A stretch of 63,353 nt of DNA, counting the filler, from Hausera hauseri (taxonomy: Eukaryota), in NCBI GenBank assembly GCA_046269625.1. It is 10 parts of 10 records of this genome, joined end to end, with 100 filler letters (N's around TTAATTAATTAA, not from the genome) between each part and the next. Parts side by side here need not be neighbours in the genome. Positions count along the whole stretch, not along the records: positions 22,742 to 28,808 come from JBJURY010145980.1; positions 28,909 to 34,483 come from JBJURY010227629.1; positions 34,584 to 40,488 come from JBJURY010170973.1; 7 more parts are not named here. One strand, 5' to 3'. Positions 24,797 through 38,447 of this stretch are shown here, in pieces. The notes beneath the pieces were generated by a model. That model worked only from the letters and a program-made list of their open reading frames with translations. It searched no databases and had not been told where the DNA came from. A program made the translations under genes and the position numbers. The stretch's first letter is position 1. Every line of letters begins with the position of its first letter.

Positions 24797-26560
24797 ATGA
24801 CAGTTCAAAATTCAATGTTGGAGCAAATAAATTTTAGCAATCCACACATGATCGAGGACTGGTTTGACAGATTCAATTTATTCAAGACGAATAAAAAATA
24901 AAATGCCACTGCATTTCTCTTCACAATGGCTGAAAAAGAAGCATTCAGCCTGGTAAAAAATTGGCGATATCCGAAGAAACCACAGGAACTGAACACAAAT
25001 GAAATTAAAAAGCTGCTTAATAAGCATGTCAAACCAAAGAACTTTGAAATTACCAAGCGAGCAATTCTGCAAAATCAATCGTCACGGTAAGCAATCAATT
25101 TAAGAATTTTTGCTACAGATTCAAAAACAAGTCAGTTTTTGCAACTTGAGAGACAAATTCAACATTCAGTTGAGGGATAAAATTGTGGTAGGAATCAATC
25201 ACTCACAGATCCCGGGTAAATTGTTACTAGATAGGAGTTTGGCATATCAGAGGGCAAAGGAAATGTGAAATTTCGATGAATGTCGAGACAGCCTTATCAA
25301 AATCCGATATAAATTCGACTGGAATTAATGAAAATGATGTACTGTACAACAAAAATACCAAATTCAATCTTCCACAGAAAGATTGCGTTTCTTGTGGTAA
25401 AAATCATTTACGGAAAGATTGTCCGTACAGAAATGCAGTATTTCAATTGCAGCAATAGTGACCATATCAAAGCCGTATGTCTTAGCAAAAAAAAAACAAC
25501 ATGCAAAACGAGCGATAGAGAAAGGGATATTAAAAAAGTCGCAGAACCAAATTCAAATAGTCTCTGAACCAAACTTGGAAATATTGAAAATTAGAACGAT
25601 TTCCAACAGAAAAAATCATTTAACAGAAATATCAGTTGGATAATGGGAAGACAATGTCATTGATACAGGACACATGTAGCATTCATTCATTAATTGGTTT
25701 CAATGCCGTTAGCTCGTCATTTGTTGGTTTCAACACAGACTTTTATTAACACATTCTTTGGATTATATCAAGATATCCATTTCTTACTCTTGGTTTGAAA
25801 GCCAGTCCAGGTATTTTTCAAGAAGTGATCAATAATATTCTTATGGAATTACCCGAAGTAGCATCTTATCAAGACGATTTATTGATATGTTCACACAATA
25901 ATACGGATCATGAGAAATATCTAGAAAAGGTCCTTCAGAAATTAATGCAGCACAACGTGAAAATATATCTGGAAAAATCTATCTTCATGCTAGATGAAAT
26001 ACCATTTCTGGGTTGGGTTAAAAGATGGATATTTTCCGAATACGAGAGCCTATTTTAGAAGCTCCAAATCCAGTCAATAATGCGTAATTACATTCACTCT
26101 TGGACAGTTTGCAATATTATTTTCGTTTCGTTCCTAATTTTGCAAATATGACGAAAAATCTATTTAGCTTGTTTAGCCAAGAGGAATTTTTATGGTCCAA
26201 AGAGCATACCACATATTTAGAAAGCGCTAAAAAGGCTACTTCTGAGTCAAAATTGTTATTTCCATTCTCATCCAAAGCCCAAAGTACCGAATTAATCACA
26301 AATGAAAGCAAATATGCAATAGGTGGAATTCTTGAACAGTTTGGCCAGCCTACTATTTGTATAATCACTCAAATTGAGCGCTGCTGACAAAGGTTATTCT
26401 CAACTTCGGAAAGAGATATAGCAATTTATCGGTGTGTAAAAAGACTACTAATTTTTTCCGATCATAAGCTTTTTGAATACATTGCGAGTCATAATCAAAC
26501 TATAGCTAAAGGTACGTCGCATATGCTGTAAAGCTTCGCAGTTTTTTATCAAGCTTTAAT
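24797..26560 (+). mobile_element. Heavily decayed, internally deleted Ty3/gypsy element (gag with CCHC, partial RT and RNase H)
   Basis: CVSCGKNHLRKDCPYRNA..CSNSDHIKAVC double knuckle; KASPGIFQEVINNILMELPEVASYQDDLLI; YFRFVPNFA; LITNESKYAIGGIL. Confidence 0.8.
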
Positions 26561-27512
26561 TGCAAGAGTCGTTACAGGGAAAGAAAATATATCCTACATA
26601 CTGACTATTTATCAAGATTTTCAAATGTGGAAGATTACCAATCAATGCCAATTGTGTAATTATGGAATCCGAAAAATCGATGAGTCTTACTACCCATGGA
26701 CTATAAATGGATTTTCTGACAGTACGAAAAAGTTTGAGATGAATTATCAGTGTCACCAGATGGATTCTTTTTATACAAGTGTTATATATATGGGTGGCCC
26801 TTAACTCACGCCCCTTATATATAACAGAATTACTCTTGAATTTGGATTATCTTACGCAAATTCGGACTAACGTTATCGTTAGACGAATGTGCCTAGTATG
26901 TTAATTTTACGTGTATGCCGTGTAATGCGTGAAAAATCCTGTGCGTAGTTTTATTAATTTCTCGTAAACTATATAATTTAAGTCGATTTTATACTTACTG
27001 TCGTCGAACCAGCTTTAAGAGCCGGTGGAAACTATATGGGAATTTTAAAAAGGAAAAATTTCACTTACAATGTATATTTTCAATATAGCTTTGACGATAT
27101 TCTTCAACGTCAATGGAATTATAAGTCTCGTATGTGGTACTGAAACTAGTATCTAAGTATTGCTGTCGCTTTCCTTTAAATCGAACCTAAGTCGATAATT
27201 TTTCTGAAGAATTATTTGCTTTCTAACGACGCTAAAGTCGCAAAATAAAATACTAAAATCGTCGGTTTTGAACACGTTTATATATTGTGCAGTCTATGTG
27301 CATACGCGATTTCTAATAATTACAAATACAAATTTTTACATTTATGTTGCTTATCGATTGGCATTTTCAATGTACACTATTTTCTAATTTTCAGCTAGCA
27401 TTACCATATTGCATAAATGCCAAGAAAATTTGCTATAATTGATAGAAAATGTCAGAATCTACATTACAACCACAAAATGTCAGAATCTAAGTGGTGTCTA
27501 ACTACATCATAA

Positions 27513-28630
27513 CTACAACAGTTGTTTGTCGTCAAACGGATACAGTGCCTTCTTTTTTAAACTGATGGTCATCAACTGATGATTTTTGGTCCCAATTCTT
27601 TCCTGTTGAACCATTGTGCCACAACCATTTTCATATGCCTGTACATAGCTATCATCTTGCAAATTTGTCTGCTTGAGATTGATGCTCTTACATTTCATGA
27701 TTGGTTTACTTTGAGTTTTCGGCGAATACGATTTTGGCCATAAGAAAATCCTCTCTTGATACTGATCACAACCCTTACTTTCGTCTTTAAATTTCCCTAT
27801 TACATCTGAGAATCGAGATGAGTACAGTGGATCACTCAAATCATAGTTCGAAGTGTCCAGCTGCTGATTTGCAATCATTTCCGCTAAAAGTTGGGATCGT
27901 AAGTCAACACCATAGTACCAGAGAAAAAAGCTGTCCGTGCCATCGCCAGTGATATTTATCTCACAGTTAAACTGTTGCATATAAGTTTCCAACTCGATGT
28001 ATTTCAATTCATACATCCGCAACTTAGAAAGATCGAGAACAGCCTGACCGATGTATGAGGTCCTATCTAATGTAACCATATCTTTATCAAGGAGAACGGC
28101 AACCAGATCATCAATTATAATAATACTCTCCTAAAACTGCACCTTGCTAGTATATGTAATAAGCTTCTTAGCATTATTACAGTCTCAAGTTGGACATTTT
28201 GAGAAGATTCTTAACTGTCTTACCGTATATGCTATTGTTTTTCAGCTTAAAGAAATCTTTCTGGAAAGGATTATTTGTCGTTGCCCTTTTAAATCGATAT
28301 AATCCTTAAACGCAACCCTGGTCATATTCAACAACTCGATGAACTCTTTCAACAACGGCACCTAACTGAACGAAAAACTGCAAAAGCCGATAGTGAATGA
28401 CATAGTTGGTTTCCTTAACTCTTGGCCCAGGAGGACATTGATTAATCGGAGCTAAAGACAGTTTGTCAGACGGAATACTTATATCAACCTCATACACTAT
28501 GCTTCTTTTTCCCCTAACAGTGTCAAGATAAGGCAATTGCTCAATAAGACTGTTTAAAGTATCATCATTGTAAATCCAAATCATTTCAAATGGCAGAGGT
28601 TGTGATAAAGCCCAACCGTACAAATTATTT
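27513..28630 (-). pseudogene. pPolB: Polinton/Maverick protein-primed family B DNA polymerase, C-terminal half
   Basis: NNLYGWALSQPLP, YVIHYRLLQF, KDFFKLKNNSIYGKTVKN, YIGQAVLDLSKLRMY, GDGTDSF, IGKFKDE, KKALYPFDDK. Confidence 0.9.
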
Positions 28631-28808
28631 AGAGCAGAAAAGTCATATTACTGTTATTAATTTAGTCGCAGTTAGACTTGAAGTCAATCGAGTTTGTTGG
28701 AGAAATCGATATTGCGCAGGATAACGCATACAGTACCTGCACGCATTAAATTTGAGCACAAACCTTCAAGTGTAAACTATTGTTATAGTCGGGAAAAGTT
28801 AGGGCCCA

Positions 28809-28908
28809 NNNNNNNNNNNNNNNNNNNNNNNNNNNNNNNNNNNNNNNNNNNNTTAATTAATTAANNNNNNNNNNNNNNNNNNNNNNNNNNNNNNNNNNNN
28901 NNNNNNNN
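28809..28908. other. Artificial contig linker
   Basis: N44-TTAATTAATTAA-N44. Confidence 0.99.
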
Positions 28909-29096
28909 GAATTCCTGTTTTTGTGGGTTTCATGAGCTGGAAGCCCAAATTATGTAAAACTAAACAAATAAATACTTGAAATTGTTTAAATTGTGGGCCC
29001 TGAATCTATCATCTATTAAAGATCAACTTTTTGAATGGAATTATGGAAGTTAAACCACTTTCCCATGATATTCTAATTTTTTGGAAAGGGTCTGTA
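28909..29096. mobile_element. Probable Tc1/mariner right-end fragment
   Basis: Ends ...catgatattctaattttttggaaagggtctg|TA, resembling teleost Tc1 termini (recognised from memory). Confidence 0.45.
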
Positions 29097-29881
29097 TATA
29101 GCTTTAAAGTTCTACTTCTGTGAGCCTTGTGTGTTACTTTAGTGAATATAATACATGCGTCAGACATCTCAGAATTATTTTATTTAGATTTAATATGAGT
29201 AAACTAATATCAGTTCAATTAAATCCTTATTTCAAGAGACAAAGCAAACATAACTTTTATAAAATAAAATAGTTATTGACATCATGGATAGTAATGCAGA
29301 ATGAGTTCAGGTGTTCAAAAGTTTTTAAAAATTTTAGTTTAATTTGAGAGAATTTAATTCAGTTGGTAAAACATCAGAAAAAGAAAATCTCTCATTTCTT
29401 TCTGAAACCAAGTTCATTTACATCTGAGCAGAATTACTTTCCAATAAACTTAAAGTAGAAAAAAAATAATTTTACACAGAAATCCTAGAATCCACTTTTG
29501 TAAATTCTATTACATCTGACATTACAAAAACACTGACATGAACTGTTGAATGTGAAACTTATGAGTGACCTAAAAATTAAATTAGGCGTACATTAGGTGT
29601 TCTTGGACCAGGTAAAAAGCTTCAGTGTGTGTATTAAAGACTTTTAGTCCTGTTATGGAGCAAACATTTAGATCAGGTGTTTTTACTCTGAACTAACATC
29701 CTGAGCATGAAAAAACACCACCAGTCTTAATAAATCAGCCAGAAATTAATGAGATGGCAACACCAGTCTGCAACTCTAAAGATGGAAAGAAAATAATCTA
29801 ATCTAAAGCAGCTTTCAGGGCTGAGTATCTAATATTTGGTCACAGAGGACCCAGCTGGTAAAACCCTCTGGAGCTGCTGCA

Positions 29882-30080
29882 TATACACCGTCTGGCCAAC
29901 AAAAAAACAATCACCACCTGGATCTACCTAAACAAATAGGTAAGAGCCTCCCATTGGATACTTACAGCATAGGTGATTATGTTTCAGCTGACATGTTACC
30001 AGTATTTAACCCTAACCGATGCAGTGAGTAGCTTCTCATTTATTAACCAACCATGTCGAAAACCGCGCGTTTTTTTCAGG
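29882..30080. mobile_element. Probable Tc1/mariner left-end fragment
   Basis: TA|CACCGTCTGGCCAACAAAAAAA... resembles a Tc1 terminus; no transposase follows. Confidence 0.4.
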
Positions 30081-32223
30081 CTCAGTGTTTTCCCCCCGAT
30101 TTGTGGCTGTAAGGCTCTTGCTAGTTATTTGGAAAGCAGGGAGGATTACCAAAATTACTGTATTACCTCTAAATATTATTTTTCTGCCCCTAAAACTAAC
30201 ATTAAACATGCACTTTAACATAAAACACTTTGTAGAACGGTGCTTTATGAAGTTCAGTCCATTTATTCTATCAGTTGACCGGCAGTTCTGCCTCATCCAA
30301 TATGGCGGCCGCTCCGACGTACCGCTGCAGCGGGTCAGCCCACTCAACGAGGTGTCCACTAAAACTGCCTCACCAGTTCTCTGTGATCACCCTGGCAGAT
30401 GACAATAGCCAATCAGTGATGGAGAAAGGTCAGAGGAGCTTTGCTATGAAATAATGATGAATGATTGTTTGAAATGTGTTTAATAGGTTAACTCAAAAAC
30501 CGCCGATCTGACTCCAAATCTGCCCAAATTATCTCCTCCCGGCCAAAGCTATTTTTACCCGCAAAATAGAGAATGAAAACCGCCCAATCTGGCAACACTG
30601 TTTGAGCAGCTACTGGCGTAACATGACACAAAAATCGACTTTTCTTTCTTTGCCCGGTGTCTTTCGGTAATTATTGAGCAGTAACGAACCGATTACTTAA
30701 CTGATTACTGATTTTTTTCACAGACTATGCATTTTATTAAAGCATTTTTTTTTCCATTTTCACTGATATTTATATGGTGCATAAAAAGGAAGCAAAGCAT
30801 TTGGTTAATCAAGAACAAGATTGAAATAACCATACGTAATGGGAAAATTAATAAAATAATGTATAGATCCGTAGAGAAATAAAAATAGATAATACTCAAC
30901 TTGTACAGAAAAAAAACTTGTCTGGTTTCACTTTCTCTTTCTGTGAGTACAAAGGTCCTTTTTTCCTAAGTCAAAACAGAAAGTATTCACACCTCAAAGG
31001 TCAATTATTGTAGGAATAATTATTAGTTATGTACTGTACAGATGTATCTTCTTGAGATACCAGCCCACAATTTGGAACTTTTGAAAGTGGCTTTAATACA
31101 CAGTATAATGACTCCTTGCACACTGTCAAAGCTGCTACAACAAAAGCTGAAGATACCATGGTCAAGTTATGACTCCAATCCAAATTAAAATTTCTGGTAG
31201 TACTTTGAAAAAAGAACCTGAGAGTGAAGATGTCCCACATTTATTCTGGCTGAAATAATTGTACCAGCAAAGATGCTGTTGGAATATTAACCCAAATGTC
31301 TCATCCACATATGGGTTAGCAAAAATTTGTTTTTCATTCTTGTACTTGTCTCACTTGCAAAACAAGTTAAAATCATATAAACTATCACAGAATAACTTCA
31401 TAACCTTTGCTGTAAATCCTTACACCTTATACCCTCTTGAGATATGGTATTTATCTGTTTGTACTTTATGCTTCATTCTATGAAGTGTTCAGGCTTGCTG
31501 CGTTTTTAAAGTCTCCATCTGTCATCCTCACCTCTACACATTTTGATTAATAATGAGTACATCATACAAAATCAGAATTAAGAACATTATGTTATGATTA
31601 AAACATTCCTAACAATCACTTATATTTTTGTTGCTGTGAGTAATAATTAGACCTCATCAGCTTCATTTTGTGTAAAGTGAGTCACTGTGTGCTAAAGGTG
31701 AAGAGAAGCTGCAAAACAGGAGCTTCTTTAGTCACTATGAGACACCATATTAAATCACAAATCTGTCAGATCAATGTAATTTTATTGTTTCATTAACTGG
31801 CGATGTAAATCTGCAACAGATGATATTTAAACCATAGCTGGGGTTTCAGCATACCTGCTGACTGCTCAGCCTCTCCCAGCTTAGTTATTATCAAAGTACG
31901 ATCATAGTTAATAGTATAAAAATAACATATTATTTTATGGTTATATTTTATTACATGAAATACAGTTTTTAGTTTTAGCGTCTTGAAAAGAATCATTTAT
32001 AGAATGAATAGGAAGTTTCGTGTTTGCGGGATTTCCCCGCATTCCTTTCCTTGCAGACTGTCTGGAGACGCATGAACGTCATGACCAATGAGAAGCTCTA
32101 GAATTTATTTTGAGGGGATTTCCCTTTCTACTTTGAAAATCGTAGTAGTTTTGAAAGCAGTCTGAAAGTAATGTGTGCTAATTCCCGTAGCTATTCCAGT
32201 TTGTACTTTATCGTACAAATTCA

Positions 32224-33906
32224 ATGATGAATCGAGCTTTATCAAAAGAAGAAATTTATGATATGTTACTGTCTTCTTCCGATGATGAAGAAATTGTTTC
32301 GGAATTAGAAGATCACATTTCTGAAGCTTCGGAATTATCTTCGGCTGACGATGAAACTGAAAATGAATTTACAGACTGCACATATTTATCAAAGGATAAG
32401 TTGATTCAGTACAGAAGTGACCCTGTTACGCAAACAGGTAAACGGACATCAAAAGATATTTTAAACCTTACACCAGGACCTACTAGATACGCTACTTCAA
32501 GAATTCATGACGAACTATCTGCTTTTCGAATGTTTATTACAGAAGACATTGAGAAAATTGTTATCATGAACTCAAACATCGAAGGAGCACGTGTTTTTGG
32601 GGATAAGTGGAAAGTAATTGACAGTGTTGAATTTAGTGCCTATATAGGTTTGCTGTTACTTGCTGGTGTATTCAAATCCTGCAATGAATGTACAGAAAGT
32701 TTGTGGGATGCAGAGAAAGGCAGACCTATTTTCAGGGCAACTATGAGTTTGCAAAGATTCTTTCATATATCAAGAGTTTTGAGATTTGATGATCGAGAAA
32801 AGCGTTCCTGTAGGAGACAAAAGGATAAGTTTGCAGCCATTCGCGACTTATGGGATATGTGGGTGGAGATATTGCCAAAACTTTTTAACCCCAGTGCATA
32901 TGTGACAGTTGATGAACAGTTGGTTTCATTCAGAGGAAACTGTCCATTCCGGCAATACATGCCTAAGAAACCCACAAAATATGGAATAAAATTTTGGATT
33001 CTGTGTGACTATGAAACCAGTTATGTGTGGAACATTCAACCTTATCTTGGAAAGCCAATAAACCAGCCACGTGAAAAAGATCAGGGACTTAGGGTTGTTC
33101 TTGATTTGTCTTATGGTCTGAAAGGACATAATATAACGTGTGACAACTTTTTTTCTTCATATAAACTTGGTCAGATGCTACTCAAAAGAAATTTAACTAT
33201 GGTTGGAACTATGCGAAGAAACAAACCTTCTATTCCCCCTATATTGTTACAAACTAAAAACAAGGAAGTTTATGCATCAATATTTGCTTTCACGAATGAC
33301 ACTATGCTTGTCTCATACATACCAAAAAGAAATAAATGTATTATTGTTCAAAGCACATTACACTCTGAAAAAAAAGTTGATACATCAGAATCTAAAAAAC
33401 CTCAAGCTATCCTTGATTATAATTCTACGAAAGGTGCTGTAGACACCTTAGATAAAATGATTTCATGCTACACCTGTAGAAGGAAAACTAAAAGGTGGCC
33501 AGTCGTTGTATTTTGAAATGGTCTTGATATTTCAGCGGTGAATGCGTACATACTGTTCTTGGCAGCAAATCCTGATTGGAAAGTAAAATCAAAGCGAAGA
33601 CGACAACTTTTTATTGAATCTTTAGGCATGGGATTAGTACAAGACCATATTTGTAGAAGAGACATTCTCCCACGACAAGAAGCTGCAGCTGAATTAGTGA
33701 AAAATGTGCAGTGTCAATCGGAAGACGATGCAAATTCTATTCCCGAAACAGCGGGCTCAGCAAGCACAAGACGAAAAAGAGGTCGCTGTTATCTTTGTAA
33801 ATCAGACAATAAATTTCAAAATGTATGCATAAAGTGTGGTAAATTTGTATGTAAGACACACTTCAATCAAGTGTGTACAAAATGCACCACTGCAAGTGCT
33901 CAGTGA
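32224..33906 (+). pseudogene. piggyBac (PGBD4-like) DDD transposase with one in-frame TGA at 33514-33516
   Basis: VTVDEQLVSFRGNCPFRQYMPKKPTKYGIK, ITCDNFFSS, YNSTKGAVDTLD, RWPVVVF*NGLDISAVNAYIL, C-terminal Cys-rich RGRCYLC..CIKCGKFVCKTH..CTKC. Confidence 0.95.
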
Positions 33907-34247
33907 TGAACAGTAAGCAGATAACTATCAGAATATATATGTCATAAATGTATAAAAATTATAACTTTTACTCTATTTTAATTTTTTCTATATCTTTTTA
34001 AATATTGAAAACAATAGTTAAAAGAATTATATTATGTAATTTTACCTTCTTTTGCGTGTGTAAAATATTGAAACTTCTGATATTTTCATATATTTTTGTC
34101 ATTTTTTGGTTTCAATAATTAAAAACTTACATAAAATTTCATATTTAATGTCTAAAAATTGCTTAAAAGACAGAGAAACTTGTTACAATAACTTAGTTCA
34201 AAAACCAAAAAATAAAAATAATGCTTGTTATTAAAATTAGAAACATT

Positions 34248-34309
34248 GGGTCCATTTGGACCCGAACACAGTATGTGTATGTTCGACATGAACACAGCAC
34301 GAGGGTTAA
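34248..34309 (+). repeat. piggyBac right end with subterminal palindrome and TTAA target site
   Basis: GGGTCCA-TT-TGGACCC palindrome at 34248-34263; terminal ...CACGAGGG|TTAA at 34305|34306-34309. Confidence 0.75.
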
Positions 34310-34483
34310 GAACAAATACAGAAGTACCAGAGATTGACAGGTCTTCGGGTAGAAGCTGAGCTTGCAGCTGTGTTTGCCAACCCTGTGGACAGGACGGCAA
34401 AGCTGGATGTCAAGGGGAACTGACGCTGAATTGGGCAACAGCAAAAACGCAGAGACTGACACCGTGAAAAAAAGGCGGAAAAG

Positions 34484-34583
34484 NNNNNNNNNNNNNNNNN
34501 NNNNNNNNNNNNNNNNNNNNNNNNNNNTTAATTAATTAANNNNNNNNNNNNNNNNNNNNNNNNNNNNNNNNNNNNNNNNNNNN
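34484..34583. other. Artificial contig linker
   Basis: N44-TTAATTAATTAA-N44. Confidence 0.99.
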
Positions 34584-35680
34584 TACCTCCAGTCGCAGGT
34601 TTCCCTGCTGAGATAGTTGAGTCTGTTCAATGTCATGATCCGGAGCCAGGACAAAGGTGAAAAATGGGTAGGTGGACTTAAACAAATCCATCGATGTGCC
34701 ATTGTTGACATTTTTGTTCAATAAACCCATGTTGCTCACGATATATTGCATATATGTGCAAACGTAATCGCCGGTCTCTAAATCCTGCTTGTATTTCTTA
34801 ACAAAATCCGCATTCTTAACCAAACTGATGTAATTCATATTGCTATGGGTAAACGTTTCCGAATCGGTGGTATAACTGCCCGTTTGTTGAGCAGTCGTTT
34901 GAAATGCAACGAGCACAATTTCGGCAATCGCATGTCGCCAAACAATGCGTCTTTGTAAAACGTTGTCGAACCTTTGAGTATGGTGTAAAACAGGAGTTAT
35001 GTGCGTTGTATCGGGTAACAGGCATTTTGTGTTTCCAAGCCCAATTGATGTCCCATGAGCACATATGGTTCTACCTTTACACGATGTACGTATAATCATG
35101 CCTCGGTAATTTTCAGTGGGGGTTTGAGATTTTCAACGGCGGTTTTCAAGCAGAAGTTATTGTCGCTGCGCTTGAGCCGAATGATGGCTTTAACACCGGG
35201 TAGTAAGTATTTCGGTTGATCGAAAAAGTCAAAACATAGCGGTCAACATGTGGTATGCGCTTTTGATTCTGCCACCCATGCCTGACCGTTTGCTGCAGTG
35301 ACGTCATATCCGATAGTTTTCGTAAAATGAGTCGTTTTCATGTCTGCACTATAATTCAGAGCCGTTTCAATGAGTGCTTTGATATTGTATAGACTGGTGT
35401 TGCCTTCAGTTTTGACGCTGTTTAGAGTCAGTGAAGCCTCCTGGAACATTGTGAGGAAAAGGTAATTGGCCGGTGTGACAGTGTCTGTTGCAGCGAAAAC
35501 CGTTGATGTATCCTTTCTAACAATGGGTAGCGTGTCGTTCAAATCGAGATATTCATTGTCCGATGGCATAATGTTAAATTGAATGTCAGTGGTATCTTCT
35601 GTTGAAACCGAATCAACGGAGTAGATTTCTTCAAATGCTGCAGTCAATAACAACATGTGGTGCGGCTTTGTCAAATACAC
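34584..35680 (-). pseudogene. Double jelly-roll major capsid protein (hexon-like), 3' cut by contig end
   Basis: IQFNIMPSDNEYLDLNDT, LIETALNYS, PLCFDFFDQPKYLLPGV..RL.RS, FFTFVLAPD..GNLRLEV. Confidence 0.85.
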
Positions 35681-35716
35681 ATAATTCAGATTTTACAGAT
35701 GCCATTTGTCTGTCAA

Positions 35717-36075
35717 TCAATCGAAAATCATACGACGACGACGTTTGTTTATAGTTGAAAAGCTAACTGATTTACCACGTTTTCTCAAGCCACTAACAGC
35801 GAATTGTTTTTCGACTGATTCAACGACTCCCGGTGCAGCGCTTTTTATTTCTGTCAAGGCGTGTTCCATCAATGATGGTAAAATCGATTTGTTTTCATAT
35901 AGCACGGCCTGTGCTGTTTTTCTACCACGGCTCAAATACGCTTCAACACCGGAAACGCTAAACGTGCTAATGCATGCTACCGTCTAGAGCCATACTGTTT
36001 ACCAATGAAATATGGCAGCTCACCGCCCTGCTGAGGTTTATTATAAATGGAAACTGTGGATTGCTCAGTAATCAT
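35717..36075 (-). pseudogene. Polinton core/structural protein (QQGG motif, basic C-terminus)
   Basis: IYNKPQQGGELPYFIGKQYG..LARLAFPVLKR, ending KRRRRMIFD, immediately upstream of MCP. Confidence 0.6.
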
Positions 36076-36299
36076 ATGAAATTTCTGGACCATTCATCTA
36101 ATATATAATGATTGTTGCAATGATCTCAAACAGCAACAAGAAACAGGAAGAATTTAAAAGTCTCTAAAATTATTGAATTTATAAAAGTTCATAAACTGCG
36201 CACACACTACCATGCTTTTTCAAACAACAAAGGAAATGTCCATATAATTTTGTTTCTTCCTATTGGGTGAATGTGGACACCACAGAAACGATTTAAGAA

Positions 36300-37376
36300 T
36301 CAGTTATGTTGGTTTCGACGCAAATGAAGAGTTAGACTGATTATGGTATCGTACGGAAATTCAATAAGGTAACCGGCGTCACATCGGATATTCACTTCAA
36401 CATTGTTTATAGATGTAGATGCCACAGGTAGATACATTGGATTATTGAGCTTGACAGTGACATTGTCGCCAGCAGTACACTTACTGCTTTCCGGAGAAAT
36501 TGTACGGAGTAGCGGTACACGTACTCCACTGACCTAAAACGGTTCGGTGACGTTCACGTAAATGTACATTTGACTTAGTCAAGTTTTCAGATTGTGTTTA
36601 AGTGTAGCAACATGTGCCGTCGTCTTCGTATTCGATGCTACAAACCGCTGTTTTTCCAAACACAATACCATAGTCAAAGCTTTGCCCAATGAAATGTCGA
36701 CAATATCCTTAGCCAATTCAAATTTAATGTTCTCATTTGCATTAGACTCGAAAAGTTTAAATGTCTCATTGTATTTTTGATTCGAAGAAAAGTGTTGACA
36801 GAGATGTGCTACAGATTCGCAATAGACATTGTCTCTAATCGATACATATAACGTTGACACCCTTTGAGCTGTATAGGTAAATTTCATCGTTGTCTGGTAA
36901 TTTACAGGACTTAATCTGGCAGCCATTGCATATTCACTTTTAATATTTTTACCTTTGTACTCCATATTTTTGAATCCAAATTTCTGTGCCATATCAGAGG
37001 TCTCAAAGGTGACAGTAAATTCAAAATCTGCCATAAAATATAAGTTTTTATCTAAAATAATAACACCGATCTTGCCGCATAAACCGAAATTTGTACTGGT
37101 CGTGCAAATGGCCGATTCTCCAACTATTATTTTATTGTCAGTAAGTGTCAGAGGACAATAATGTGCTTTGATTTCAGTAAGAGTCTTGTTGTGCGTTATT
37201 TTCATACTACCTTTCAATGTCACCGGTGCGTAGGGAAAGTTAAATTCCGTCAGTGCAACATCCCATTTTCCAGATAAATCCAAAGGATTGTTCCAATCTA
37301 CAACGTATTTACTGGCTGAATTGTTCAGATGAGTCGTCGTACAACTGTTGCGCGGCAACACCATGTAAATGCTCAT
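36300..37376 (-). pseudogene. Minor capsid protein (penton), long form
   Basis: IYMVLPRNS..NNSASKY..PLDLSGKWDVALTEFNFP; after a disruption, MYIYVNVTEP..VPLLRTI..NPMYLPV..LTLHLRR. Confidence 0.85.
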
Positions 37377-37420
37377 GATCTCGATGATGATGATGATGAT
37401 GGTGATGACGCAGTTTGTTT

Positions 37421-37790
37421 ATTATCGACGACGGAAATGTAGTATCAAACGTGTCTAAGCTCCAAACAGAAATTTAATGGGTTTCCAAAATTCGTCTACT
37501 ATATACACGGAAATACTGTGCACAAAATTGTGAGACAACGATAAATACATGGCCGGATGATATTTACATGAGCAGTTTCGCCCTGTGTTTTGTACGTGTC
37601 TCAATCCAGTCCATGTAAAAACCAATAATTGTTTGCGGTCACCGCCAAAATATACGGGTTCGGTTAGATCCGTCACCGACTCTGTTTGACAGTTCGTGCC
37701 AGTTTGTCGACGCCAGTATATCTGACGGGATGACGCGTATCTAACCACACGTCACCTATTGTTGTTGTCGATGGTGTTGGTTTTGCTTGC
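37421..37790 (-). pseudogene. Second, short penton-like ORF
   Basis: VTDLTEPVYFGGDRKQLL..YHPAMYLSLSHNFVHSISVYIVDEFWKPIKF..LILHFRR. Confidence 0.65.
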
Positions 37791-37902
37791 ATTACAACAA
37801 TATCAACGAAACGTAAATGAAAAATTTGTTAAACTGGGACATAAAGATGAAATCCATGCACTTATATCTCAAATCACCATATACTTACCATCATTGTTTA
37901 TA

Positions 37903-38230
37903 CTATGCTGCTGCAGTACCGATGAGACCACTCAGTAATGACGTGACAAGCGTTAGAATTGCACTAAGGAATCCTTCGTCTTGCTGGTGCATGACCGCTC
38001 GTTTCAGTCGTTTACTACGAGCGTTGTCAAGGCCAATGAGCCGCTTTCGGTACTTTAGTAAATTCCGCTTCCAACTACCAATGTCAACGTGACCAACAAC
38101 TATATTGTATAAAAATTTACATTAAATAGTCTACTACAAACTGTGGGAATGTTCGCAGCATGTTTCGCTTAAGTCTCGTATGTGCCTTGAGTAAAGCAAT
38201 AAAGTGCGGCTGACTACGTTTGAATCGCAT
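37903..38230 (-). pseudogene. Small Polinton structural protein with amphipathic C-terminal helix
   Basis: CKFLYNIVVGHVDI..LLKYRKRL..KRAVMHQQDEGFLSAILTLVTSLLSGLIGTAAA*. Confidence 0.55.
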
Positions 38231-38447
38231 CTTTTTGGACGTATTGATGCTGATGAGACGTTATAATCATTGCCACTGTGACGGTAGTTTGTGTCTAGGT
38301 GCTGCTGCTATTGTTTGAAGCACAGAATTGATTAATCACTTGACTGTGGTGGCGCTTCGTTTTGATACACGTTTCTTGCCGCAGGACACCCGCTTGGTAG
38401 GTTTACGTTTAACAGTTGCTTTTCGGAAATTCTTCATTTTATCACAA

